Origin: Tubiluchus corallicola
Taxonomy: Eukaryota; Animalia; Priapulida
DNA: 30,433 bases
Assembly (NCBI GenBank): GCA_030141605.1
Contig: JAQGDQ010001669.1
Span: 1-30,433, forward strand
Direction: 5' to 3'
Shown piece by piece: positions 1 through 10,905 of the stretch. The notes under the pieces are model-generated. The model saw nothing but the letters and a program-made list of their open reading frames with translations. It was not told where the DNA came from and ran no database searches. The stretch's first letter is position 1, and each line of letters opens with the position of its first letter. The translations under genes were made by a program, and so were the position numbers.

Positions 1-135
1 CAAAGCACACCACCACCACACCACATCAAATCCACCACCTCACGTGGTGATCATGATGTTGTGATGATGATGATGATGGTGGCAACGATGACGACACCTA
101 TAGCACAAGCACCAACAGCACAGCATTACAACAAA
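1..135. repeat. low-complexity simple repeats (CAC/CACCA, GAT, CAA/CAG)
   Basis: caccaccaccacaccac at the start, then gtgatgatgatgatgatggtgg; accounts for the poly-His ORF 40..237. Confidence 0.85.
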
Positions 136-187
136 ACCATTCCAAACATTTTTCACAAAGTTGAAACTATGTGCTATAATATAATAA

Positions 188-1026
188 ATAGCAAACGCCC
201 CGCAAAAGATTTTGCGTATAAATACACGTGTAATCAATAATACGCGAACATCCTACCTAGTCCTCATGTATAACGCAAAGCCCGTAACATCATGCCTACT
301 GTTTGTTTAACTAACGCAAACCCGTAGCAGGCAGCTTTTTGCTGAATTAAAGCTATAAGATTATAGACAGAATACAATGGATGACGTCACAACAATGCCT
401 TTGCGTCAACAGTTTTCTAAGCGAAAATTGCCGAAAATGGAACTCCCAATTAACTCGCCAATACTCCTCTCGGTGGACCTGCCCTAACATATAGCCCACA
501 TCATCGTGTAGCCCTGTTCTTCCTCTTTGTAAAGAGCTATATATCTCCTTCCGAGAGTCCCACTGGGCGACGCTAGAACGTTTTTTCCGCAGGCTGTTTG
601 GTCAAAATTTCGAAAAAGTCGCGAGTTGGGTCCGGGAAAACGCCCGTTGCGGGGCGCCCTGGCCCTCTCGCGAATTCTAAATAGGCCTATGACACCCATC
701 GCTGAACGGGCTATCTATCCATACCCAGCACCCCCCTCGGCCAGTTCCCGTTCTCTACATCTCAGCCGTATAACTTTTGCAAAAAACGGCCGAAAAATGG
801 CCATTTTTGGAGGTTTTTCGCCCCCCGTTCCTCGCGGTGGGCCCCATTCGAAAAATAAACCATCAATGGCACGACACTAGATCGAGACCTTTCGTTTGAT
901 GTATAGATCGCCGCAAATGGTGCCCTCGTCCGGGCTGTAGCCTCGAATCTTATATATAAATAAATAAATATATATATATATATATATATACCAAGAATAT
1001 TAATATAATAGTAGATAGATAGTAGA
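188..1026 (-). mobile_element. non-autonomous Helitron
   Basis: The minus strand starts A|TCTACTATCTATCTACTATTATATTAAT (5'-TC terminus), followed by a (TA)n/(TTTA)n tract and a GC-richer body. It ends with hairpin CGCAAAA-TC-TTTTGCG (201-216) about 10 nt before CTAT|T, one mismatch from the CTRR terminus. Inserted between A and T with no TSD. Confidence 0.7.
951..990. repeat. (TA)n/(TAAA)n microsatellite near the Helitron 5' end
   Basis: tatatataaataaataaatatatatatatatatatatata. Confidence 0.95.
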
Positions 1027-3826
1027 TTGTCAGAAACACTTTGGCATTATTATAGACGTTAAAATGTATACTTTTTACTGTACTTCAAAATGAGGTAGAT
1101 TATAAGAAATCATCCTGATTTCCTGGAATGTCAAATATAACCTGTAGCAGGTGGAAAACAAAGCATTTGTCCAGCTTTCATGTTTTTTTTTGACAAAACG
1201 ATCATATGATCGTAATGATTAATAGCTTTCGTTTGTCGCAATACTTAGATTGTTATACAGCTGGATCAGTAGCACAACTTCTGTAGTTTATAGTAAAGCT
1301 GACCACATATACATGTTTTACAGAAAATCTTTGGCATGCTGTTTAAATTGTCTTTTCGTCGCGTATAGAAACTTCAATTTTCTTTGAGTTTAAGTTTTTC
1401 GCCAAACGCCATAAATTCGCAGTATTTATTGCCTTGAAAGTAAAAGTTTTATCGACGTCTTCTTTCATAACGCCTTTGCCATCAGACTGTTCTTCAATTA
1501 ACTAGAGCGCTTGCTATATAGATTACCTATAATATAATTCACATTGCATACCGAGCTTGCATTAAGTGTTTTTTCAGTCTTTCCTGACAGAGAAGTAAAT
1601 AACTACTACTTGTAACATCATTTAGTTCTACCTCGTGCCCTAATTAATTAATGATAAATTTAATGAATTTATTTATGAGTTTAAAGATAACGACTGTACT
1701 TCATTAATTTTATTATTATGTGATGACTATCTTATACTTCACAGTTCATGTTTTATATTAATATTATTTTTTACAAATATTATTTTATGGGCTTTTTGTT
1801 TATTTTACTGTAATGCACCTTATTTAACTCATGTCGAATGCACATTGCATGACGCATTGGAGCGAAGTAACAGTTATTATGATAATGCACTGAAATTGTC
1901 ATTCGTCATCATTTTCTACATACAGCATTGGTATTTTGCTGTTAATATTTTTATTTATAAACGCCGATTCTGTTTATGTAGAATGAAGCAGACGTAAATT
2001 AGTTCATACTGTTACTTATAAATAGTATGAACTCACAAGTTTTTGAAATTTTTAAATCAAACTTGACTAAAAAGCATGATTAAAAAGTCGGTACTAAGCC
2101 AAGATTTAAGCTATAGCGATCTGTCGATTACCACTACACAAATCCCTTGTGATGACGACAGGTGCTAATTTAGTTCTAATAGCTAACCATGCAACTAATT
2201 CAATGGTTTGGTAGAGGAATTAATAAGATGGATTGGTCGGCGAGACCTGCCATATTCACGAGGACTGAATGGTTTAGTGATTGCTAACTGGTGATTGTGT
2301 TCAAACTTAAGCTCGGTGTTAAATTGTTCTCAACGAGCCGACATGCTTGTCTGGGATATCTGTTCATTATGTTTTGCGCAATCTAAATTATAATGATTAT
2401 TATGACTATGATTATGATAAACGGATTGTTTTTTACACTATTGTAATCAAGCGTGATTAATTGTTTTTGTACCAGTAGTATGTTGCTTTTCTGAAAATTT
2501 TATGCTTATTCAAATTAGGGATAAAACGCATTATTTTAACATTCCTGTGCAGTTTTTGTTTTTAATGTAAAATTAATTGATTATAATAATCCTGTGCGAT
2601 TTTTAAGCAGGTTCGTTTATCATAATTTGTGTATATTCGATATAACATTCCCGGTGACATTATTGACGGTGTCTTTCTTATAAATTCTGTAACATATTGC
2701 TTATGATTATTTTCAATAAATCACTTTTATTATAAACTGTGCGATGAGCGGTTGATTGATGTGTCTTGTGTGATCACGAAGGACATCCCACTCGAACAAA
2801 ATACTTGTTTTTGAGTATGTAACGTTACTCAAATTTGACTTATGTAGCTTAAGATTAGATTGAGTATAACAATTTTGGCAAAATTAAAGTGCATTGAACT
2901 TTTACAATACGTAAAGTAATATTTTTTTGTGTAAAACAACACGAATTCAACAATTTGTACAGTTTAATTATTTAGTAACTTACTGCTGATTTGTAACTTA
3001 CATGAAAATCAATTCATTTCTTTTTTTTAATTATACGTTTTGTCTTTGCGCATGATGCTTACATTGTTTGATATCATACAAAGTGTTTATGCCTACATGC
3101 TTAAGTTTTGCATTATCGTTTGATAATAAAAGTAGTTATATTTTTGGTACTTTATATTATTTATTTATGGTGATGTGTACCTTTTTTAAATATATAATAA
3201 AGGCGGGTTTATGTACTACCTATATTTTATAGGTTTGTTTCAGTAGTATTTTATGCAAAGCTAAACTTCGCGAATGACTTGACGTATTGTGTGTATGAGG
3301 TAATTTTTTGCTATGTTTACTAATCTTATTGCCTATATTTGTTCAGCTATTTGTCACATTTTTACGTCATTTCTAGAGTAAACTATGTATTGAGGCTGAC
3401 CGATGTTAGCGTATAAAAAATCGCTTACATTTTGCCATATCAAATAATTTGGTAACCTGTGGCCAGGACTAAAGTCCTAACACTTTTTAAAAAGTTAATA
3501 AAAAAGATTTAATTATCGATTATTAATCAATAAGTAGTGGATTTTTATTATCACGGTTTTAGATCAGACCAATACTTTTATTGTATGTGAAGATTTGCAT
3601 GAGGTATAACAATAATATGTCTAACAACCTGGAAAAAGAAACCACAATTATTTTACTTTATTGTCAAAGCATAATTTTCGGACAGCATTAATAATTTCAC
3701 AGCAGTTAGTCTTGCCTATCGTTGACTTTTCATAAGTGAATGAATGTCCAATTCAGCGATTCATGTGGTGAGTTGATTCGATATGTCCGTTGTTATGAGA
3801 TCTGGCTGACTGTGACGGGTGTTTAA

Positions 3827-4191
3827 GGTGTGTACGCACGCTTGCGTTTACACAATAACATGTAATTTTTAAGTGCTTGTAAGAAAATAAATTGGAAGGG
3901 CTGTATTTTTTTTGTTATTTCCAACCTACATTCTTGCAGATAAATAATTTAAGGGGTCTCCCAACAGGGAAAAAGTCAATTTGTTATTCGCTCTGGTATA
4001 TGTGTATGCAGGCAGCAGCTGCAAGCTATAATAATATGAAAGACTTAGAAACATTTGGCTCACTGGGAAGCGAATACGGAAATGTATTGCCGTATCTGTT
4101 ATGGAAAATGTATAGCGTGCAAACCATTCGGTTTGTCCAGCGGCAGTAGTTGTGCCATCCCAAACAAAATCCGGATGCTGTGTGTACGCCC
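3827..4191. mobile_element. Kolobok-like MITE (TTAA target duplication, GG...CC termini)
   Basis: TTAA at 3823-3826 and 4192-4195. Left end GGTGTGTACGCAC versus reverse complement of right end GG-GCGTACACAC; they differ by CpG-type transitions and a 1-nt indel. No coding capacity. Confidence 0.55.
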
Positions 4192-5263
4192 TTAAATCCG
4201 AACGTCATTTTCAGTTAAATTTTCAGCATAAGTGTAGCAAGCAATCGCCCATTAATTATGACCTAATACGCTTAGTAATCTGCTTAATCACGTATAAAAA
4301 TGGCCAGTCACTAAGCACTATAAGGCTATAAGCATTCATGCATAATGCACATAGAATGTCAACCAGCATGGTTTCAGCACTCTACATATATAATGCAGTC
4401 AGGTACTAATGTGAGTTTAGCAGAAGCCGTCATAGGCCTGTAGATAAAACAGATCAATGAAATAGCCTTTATATAACTCAGTCAAAAGCGTCATTACATC
4501 AAAACGTAGGTTAAACTTCTTTTGTAAATAGGTCTGTAGGACTTAGCTTGTGGCACTCTGTCTTTTAAAAAGCGTTGTATATCGTTAGTGCAGATGCAGA
4601 AAGTGTTGTTGCGTTACTATGGTGTTCGTAAGAAAATTAAGTTTCATAACGTCTCGGCCCTATTTTTCTGTGAATGCGAGTCACAAAAAAGGGAAGAGTA
4701 AAAAGAGGTGATTAAAAGAAATATAGGCGTACGGGAGGAAAATTCACAAGGGAGGTGCAGCAGGAATTTGCTATGAAAATATTCTGAATTGCCTTAATAT
4801 GAGTGCTTTTCATACAAGTGCAAACAACGGGCAGCTACGGGCTACATAATTATGTAGGGTAAATAACTGACAAAAGGGTTGAAAACAAAGTAATTACTCT
4901 TATAGGACTACAATTCTTATGCTTATTTGTATTTATGCGTATTTTTGTTCAATATAACATTTACAGATTTTCAGGAAATGACAGCCTCGCTATACATGAA
5001 AGCAATCACGAGTAGATGCAAACGTATTTTTAATATTTTAATTATTATAATATTTCACTATAAACACTTCTTTTACTGTGAGCCGTTCGTTTTATGGACA
5101 TGCTAACTTTCCCTAACCTTGTCGGTACGTGATGGACATGTATTCAAAAGGACTTACGAGGCTTGAAATTAAAATTTTAAAACAATTCGTCATTTAAAAC
5201 GACACTTTAACTGCAGTCAGTAAAAAAGAGGTAATGCAGTAGTTGAATATTGGAAACTTAAAT

Positions 5264-5298
5264 TGTGTGTGTGCGCGTGCGTGCGTGCGTGCGTGTGT
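5264..5298. repeat. (GT)n/(GCGT)n microsatellite
   Basis: tgtgtgtgtgcgcgtgcgtgcgtgcgtgcgtgtgt. Confidence 0.95.
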
Positions 5299-5708
5299 AT
5301 GCGGGAAGAGTAGAAAGAGCAAAAAAGAGACTACAAAAATGTCAATGTAGATGTAGAATCATGCCATAGCTCAAAACATTATTGTTGACTTGTCGATTGT
5401 GTAATTGGTATCGACATGAAATTTAAAAAGGTATTTCGTACAGCTTCGCAAAAGCCCATATTTAACCTGGATAGAAGTGTTACTAAAAATTCGTACCTAA
5501 GTAACAACTGCACAAGCTGCAGTTATCTTATCTTATGCGTAGTCCACACGGAACATCAAAAGGATGACATTAAAAACACCGAACTCTGCCAACACTGTCA
5601 GTTTTCACTGATAGTTACTATGCATATAACTATTTGTAGAAGGGGTATTTCTAACTCCTCTTCATTTCTGAAATAGCGCCAAAAGGTTTGTATGTAAACG
5701 CAATGTAT

Positions 5709-5764
5709 GTAAAAATGGCAAAGGTAAACATAGCATACGAAAAATAGCACGCTAAAATGGCACA
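5709..5764 (+). repeat. degenerate AAAATGGCAC array (about 4 units), same family as 12073-12383
   Basis: gtaaaaatggcaaag gtaaacatagcatac gaaaaatagcacgc taaaatggcac. Confidence 0.7.
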
Positions 5765-5795
5765 TGTTATTTTGATGCAAACAGTTTCTATACTA

Positions 5796-5860
5796 ACACC
5801 AGAATGCGCTCGCTCTGTAGAAGTAGACCTCCATCAAGGTCGAAAAATCCTAAACATCTT
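5796..5860 (+). mobile_element. possible 5' fragment of a Helentron-associated (HINE/DINE-like) element
   Basis: aacaccagaatgcgctcgctctgtagaagtagacctccatcaagg resembles the AAC-AGA...ACCTCCGCCAAGG starts I recall for such elements; the matching 3' sub-TIR is not found. Confidence 0.3.
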
Positions 5861-6617
5861 CGTGCGATTCTTTTGATATAAAAAGTCATAGAACAAGATA
5901 AACAGGCGAATATACAGAAATATACCTACATAAGCATTATATAGGCTAACAAAAAAGTTTTGAAGACCCAAAAAAATTTTTTTTCATTAAACAGAACTAT
6001 AATCAACAATGCGTGAACATTCCACATAGTGTTTGTCTACACTTCTTTAACCACATGGCTATGGTATAATAGACTGACATAGATATAACAAACATATACA
6101 ACAATATAATAGACTGTCAAACAAGTCAGCTTATAATTATGTAGAATCAAAGGTTTTAGGCAGTGTTACACCACATAATCCAGTAGAAGAAATGGTAGCC
6201 AACCATCAAAACCGGCTATGATCAAAGTTTTTAGCTGCAATATGTGTATCAGATATCTGTTATGAGAATATTCTTAATGCCCAGCTGGCAGAGCTGGGCA
6301 ATTTTTTATTTGCAAAATTGTACCCTACAGGTTTCTGTTCTAAACTCATGCTAAGCTGAACTTAGTGCGCATCATGTAAAACTGTAAAACAATTTTCAAC
6401 GAAATCTTGGCTCTCTTTCCACTTTTGGAAGTAAAATAATGAATGCAAATGATTCTAAACGTTTCAAAAACCACTTTAGTGCAAAGGAAGTAACATAACT
6501 TGACTATTCTAGTCACCACAAACTCATTTAATTATTAATTAATAATTATTATATGGTGTACCACGAACACGATAAAAACAACCTACTTGTTGTACATACA
6601 AGGTGTTTGCTGCCTAG

Positions 6618-7930
6618 CTATTCATCATCTGAATAGTCTACTTTTGGCTGTTTCAGAATATTTTCACTGGAAGGGATAACTACAGCCTCACAGTGGTAGT
6701 AACTTGTACAGGATGTCTAGTTGATCGACAAATACATCGATTACTGCTACATGCGTACTGCGAGAAACCTGAGCAAAGCAACAACTATCAAGGGGCTTGC
6801 TGGTGCTACTGCAGATGGTCCATAAACTGGACATGGCTCCTGCATGTCTCTGATCACCTAGCCAAATTTTTCCAATGAGTGAATAAAAATGTGCTCTCTT
6901 CACACGAAATGCTGCAACAGCCTTAGTTGGGAGCAAGCTTTTGATTTTTGGTGAGTCCTTTTTTCTGAAGATTTCATACCTAAGAGCACTTTGGTCAGTC
7001 TCTGAGTGGCCTTCATATAAGCCAACCAAAAAGATTCAACTTGTTTGACGATATCTTGTGAGGTGTCAATGCTGCACATTTGGTACAACTTTATATTAGT
7101 CTTGAAAAGGGGACAGCACAGGTTTTCCCTTTCCAAAGGTGCATGAGACCGACTCACAAAGCATGAAGTGATAACAGTGGTAACAGTGGTGACTTGACAT
7201 GAAGTGGTAACAGTGGAGTGTCACCTCCAGCTTATCGTCTCATTATCATGTGATTTGACTGAACCAGGCACATACTTGTCAAATACAATGTAGATTGGAT
7301 GTGACTTTGAGAAAGAGTGACAAACGGAATCTCTGGAGCACTTCACTGTGCCCAACTTTGGCCAAATTACATGACACAAATTTTCCTTGCCATCAACGAT
7401 TTCCAGATCTACTAGTACCAGAGATGTTGAAGCATATGTTGCTGGTTTTATGAACAAAACACTCTTTGTTTCCCTTCTCACGGTACCATAGTCATCAGAT
7501 AGTGATGCACGCAGGTACAGGAATAAGTTCGTATTTGAAAAATCTTGTAAGTGTATATCTCGTCTTTGGGAAATAGTAATAATAACAAATAGGATATAGT
7601 TTTGCCATATCGTATGCCTTTCCATGTTTGACAGCCAGACTTTTCTTTGTTGCCTCCAGTAATGTAACTGATTTTTTATAAGTACATGGAAACCATCTAG
7701 CAGACGGACAGAAAATTAAGTAGCTGTAGCTTGACCTCTCATCAAAGTGTTGTCTACATTGACACTGCAACTCGTCTTCGGGCTTACACGTATGCGAATT
7801 TGTGTATTTCCGAAAACATTTTCTTTCTGTCAGAAGCATCTAGTTCCTTGTTTCTCTTCCCGTCTAACATCCAGCGAACAATGGATCTTTTTTGAGCTAA
7901 AGAATAAAATTCCCCACACACAAGATATGG
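6618..7930 (-). pseudogene. AcademX-like DNA transposase remnant (C-terminal half: XPG/PIN-like nuclease, H3TH motif, Cys-rich finger)
   Basis: Stitched across frameshifts it reads VNVDNTLMRG...DGFH..KKSVTLLEATKKS..YDM..FKYELIPVP.SLSDDYGTVRRETKSVL..IVDG..LCHVIWPKLGTV..IVFDKY..SVKSH.RR..LHAL-CESVSCTFGKGK (HALxGCD-type H3TH)..LRYEIFRKK..SLLPTKAVAAFRVKRAHF..CSCNR..CTSYYHC..DYSDDE*. Many stops, frameshifts and an internal deletion. Confidence 0.75.
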
Positions 7931-8024
7931 GTTCGTTAAGCTGATTTTTTGTACGAGATTATTTTTTCAAGTCTTGCGAAAACAAGAACGAGCGAGAAAG
8001 CGCACATTTTGGCAGATTTTACTT

Positions 8025-8150
8025 CCTCCCATGCCCAGGAATCTGTGGATAAGGAAGCGCTTCAGAAAATTCATCTTTCTGTTCCCCTCCCACCTTCTCC
8101 ACAAAGTTTCGTGAAAAGTCCTTGAGTAGTTTTTGCTTACTGCTGAATAT
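8025..8150 (+). mobile_element. possible HINE/DINE-like core fragment
   Basis: cccctcccaccttctccacaaagtttcgtgaaaagtccttgagtagtttttgc resembles the AAATTTCATGAAAATCC..AGTAGTTTTTG core of Helentron-derived repeats; sits between the Academ remnant and the env remnant. Confidence 0.4.
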
Positions 8151-8180
8151 ATAAGTAATGAAGGATGTGAAGGGGTTTGT

Positions 8181-9922
8181 TTACTTTTTACTGCTTGTCA
8201 AAAATAATAAAAACACCAAACTAATAAAGCTGACTGCTATAACATCAAAGCTATAACTGCGCGACCGTACAAGTATTTTGTTCAATATCCAGCTAACATG
8301 ATAAGTAGCGACACTGATGTTGAGCATCTGAGAGTTTGGCCGTAACAAAAATGACCATTAAAACCCGCACCTCGGTTTATTAAGTGTCCCTTGAGAAGTG
8401 CGTTTTTCTTGGCTGGAAAAGAGCTCATTAACCGTTGGGTTATTGCCCTAAAGTCTGCCTAATACTGATTGGTTAGATGTAATAAGGCTTTGACTAGTCA
8501 AGTGGGCAGACCTATCCTGACAATATAAAACAATATAACAAGTATCAATCTAGTTCTTGGAAAAACTGACTTAGTTGAAAATCATTGCGTAAACAATTAT
8601 TAACATCTAAAGCAGTTGGTAAAATATATCTTTCCCATAAATGGTCAACCGCTAAGTATTTATACTGCTTTTTGTAGCGGTTAAATGCAGGTGGCTCGTT
8701 ACAGCAAGTTTGCCATTGCAATATAGCCAAAGTTTCAACTTTATAAATTTGAAATAAATTGCTAGCTTCAAAAAAATGGTACTGCTATTAAAATTGTAAC
8801 TCTTTGATCCACAAGAATCGGCACAGCCTTAACAATTTTATAATAAAAACTAATTGCAGTTTTAATTGAAGCGGGTAAAACTTAGTTTGCAGGTAATTCT
8901 AAACTTATGCATGCTAAAGTTTGCTTCATAATGTGTGGCGGTATTAAAGTTTGAACATTTGAGGTACTTTCTACAATAATAAATCACTAATGGCAATAGA
9001 CAATTCTGTCATATCATGGTCAATTCCATAGAATTCGCAAAATAATCTGTCATTGTAGATAATGTCTCTAAGAACATGATCGCTTTCAATACTCTTTCCT
9101 TTCATGTGGATACCAGACCTCGCAGAAATACTGAAAATCTTTTAACATTTGCTGTGTCGCGTTGTGTAACGTTTTAATTGTGTTTTCGTTTTTGGTTGCT
9201 TTCACTAGCGAAATACTGACTAACGCTGCTTTGGCTTATAAAATTGGTTGTGTCTCTTCTTGCACGTTGTGTACAGAAGTCAATTCCTTCTGCAATTTCG
9301 CAATCTGATCCTCTGTTGCTAATCCATAAATATGATGTAGGCCCCTGCCCACAAAGGGAGCCCAGCTTCTTTTGAAGCGCTCTGCTTGATTTTGAACTTC
9401 CTCATTTACAACTAAATCTTACTTTAATAGTTCCCTATATTCTTGTAGCTTAGTTGCTAACTGTTTAAAATGATGTAGCCACTTAATTCTAAACAATTTT
9501 AATGCGTTAAATTCATCATGATCTTTCCATTTAATACATGCATTGATATCATTATGATGATGCCAAAGTTTGGTCTTTGGTAGATGTTCTGTCACAACTG
9601 CAGTCGCGTTTTGTATGATTTTTAAGTTAAAGTAACGTGTAAAAAATCGGGAGAAATATTTCAAAATGTGAAGAGAGGTAGGTTACCATTAGGATCGGGG
9701 GTTTCCATGAAATTGGTAGGGTTGAAATGTCTTACTGCTAACCCAGACAAAATATAGTTTCCATGAAATTTAGCTAGAAAGTTTAATTGTTACCTTAATA
9801 CCGGGCATCTAATTACCCTGCTCCTTTCAGGTTTATAAATTGAAGACTGATTCTTATAAATTTATATACTATAAATATATAAAGAAAATTTAAAGAAAGG
9901 TTTTTATTAATAGACAAATCAT
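8181..9922 (-). pseudogene. env: decayed envelope glycoprotein gene, baculovirus F / errantivirus Env-like class I fusion protein
   Basis: Hydrophobic N-terminus MICLLIKTFL*IFFIYL. Furin site RFKR (9368-9379) followed directly by fusion-peptide-like SWAPFVGRGLHHIYGLATEDQI and heptad-like AKLQKELTSVHNVQ. Further on: IPPHIMKQTLACISLELPAN*VLP..FYYKIVK..ILIAVPF..FQIYKVETL..YKYLAVD..YILPT.LDVNNC..DTCYIVLY. C-terminal TM VIAVSFISLVFLLFLT then SSKK*. Multiple stops and frameshifts. Confidence 0.8.
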
Positions 9923-10024
9923 TACTCAGCAATAAGCGCTCTGTTCATAGTGCTCTGCTTGTTGGGGTCGCCCGTTGTCTACTGTGCTACTTCTCAGTAA
10001 GCTCTACCTGATGTGACGTCATAG

Positions 10025-10036
10025 CATTGAGTGCCA
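10025..10036 (-). other. candidate primer-binding site, tRNA-Lys(CUU)-like
   Basis: Minus strand TGGCACTCAATG lies 4 nt after the LTR end. It matches TGGCGCCCAACG at 9/12; all mismatches are transitions, two of them at CpG. Confidence 0.55.
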
Positions 10037-10040
10037 TATT

Positions 10041-10905
10041 TGTATGACAGGCTGGCGGTAATATTAGTTGCAGGGCCTATGGCGTGCAATTTAAGTAACA
10101 ATATCGCATAAAAGTACGCATCTGAACTGTCTTAAAAGTTAAGAAATATGTAATTCCGCCTACGCTATAAAAGAAAATAACATAAAAAATAGTGTCATAG
10201 CACATTTAATTCCTTGTATGTTTGATCTATATACTCTTCAATGTAGGTAAAATCAACTAGATAAATCAATAGCCAGTTAGCATTGCTTGTGGCTATTTGC
10301 TTAATTTATTTAGACAATACCCTTTCATTCATTTCAAACATAGGGTTGTCTGGGACCTGTGCATGAGAAATGCTGATCAAAACTAAAAACATAATGTACA
10401 TCATTTACTGTAATAAAAATTGTAAAATAGCAAAATTGTAATGTAATTAACATACGTACGTAACATATTAGAATCAACTTCCTTAAATGCCATAATACTG
10501 TATCTCTTGCGCGTCGATATGCACAATCGATTTGTGTCTGTGTGTTAGGCACAATATTTGTATAAAAATTTCAGTATTCTCGCTTATAGCAGACCTCATT
10601 GAGTCGTAAAGTCTGAGCAAAAGAAAACTTGAGCTCTATAGTTTTCCATTGGTTTGTACAAAAATTAAGTAGTCTTATTCATTTTCTAATTCGCCATTAT
10701 CATTGATTTCCTTAATATGCCTATTTCTTATCATTCCTGCTATTTCTTTTCCTCCTGCTCCTAAAAATCTATTTATTCGCCTTACTGCTTATTCTTAACT
10801 TCCTGCTTTCCTAAAAATCTAGCTATTCGCCTTATTGCTTATCGTGCTGAGTCCTAGGAATCTGTTCTATCGAGTATAGTATTTTGGTGTTTGCTTGGTT
10901 ATACA
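10041..10905 (-). mobile_element. candidate 5' LTR of an env-bearing LTR retrotransposon (Ty3/Gypsy-like)
   Basis: Minus strand begins TGTATAAC and ends GTCATACA (TG...CA, 7/8 inverted repeat), immediately before the PBS. A 33-bp direct repeat with 50-bp period lies in the U3-like part (10760-10792, 10810-10842). TATATA near 10230 and ATTAAA near 10207. No second LTR was found, so the boundaries are not confirmed by a pair. Confidence 0.55.

Noticed and set aside
484-880. Overlapping ORFs in the GC-rich island as a gene or promoter
   Set aside because: They lie inside the Helitron; higher GC explains the lack of stops; no recognisable motifs
1251-1260. 3' LTR start (gttataca)
   Set aside because: Only the 8-mer matches; the adjacent sequence does not resemble 10041-10905 and there is no polypurine tract
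2040-2400. Displaced missing part of env
   Set aside because: The minus frames are semi-open (IAQNIMNRYPRQACRLVENNL...), but there are no diagnostic motifs and the order relative to the TM segment does not fit
8181-9922. Stop-codon reassignment (TAA/TAG read as Gln) in the env frame
   Set aside because: Several in-frame stops look like CAA/CAG to TAA/TAG changes, but frameshifts also occur and the host GPCR ends in TAA; ordinary C-to-T decay is sufficient
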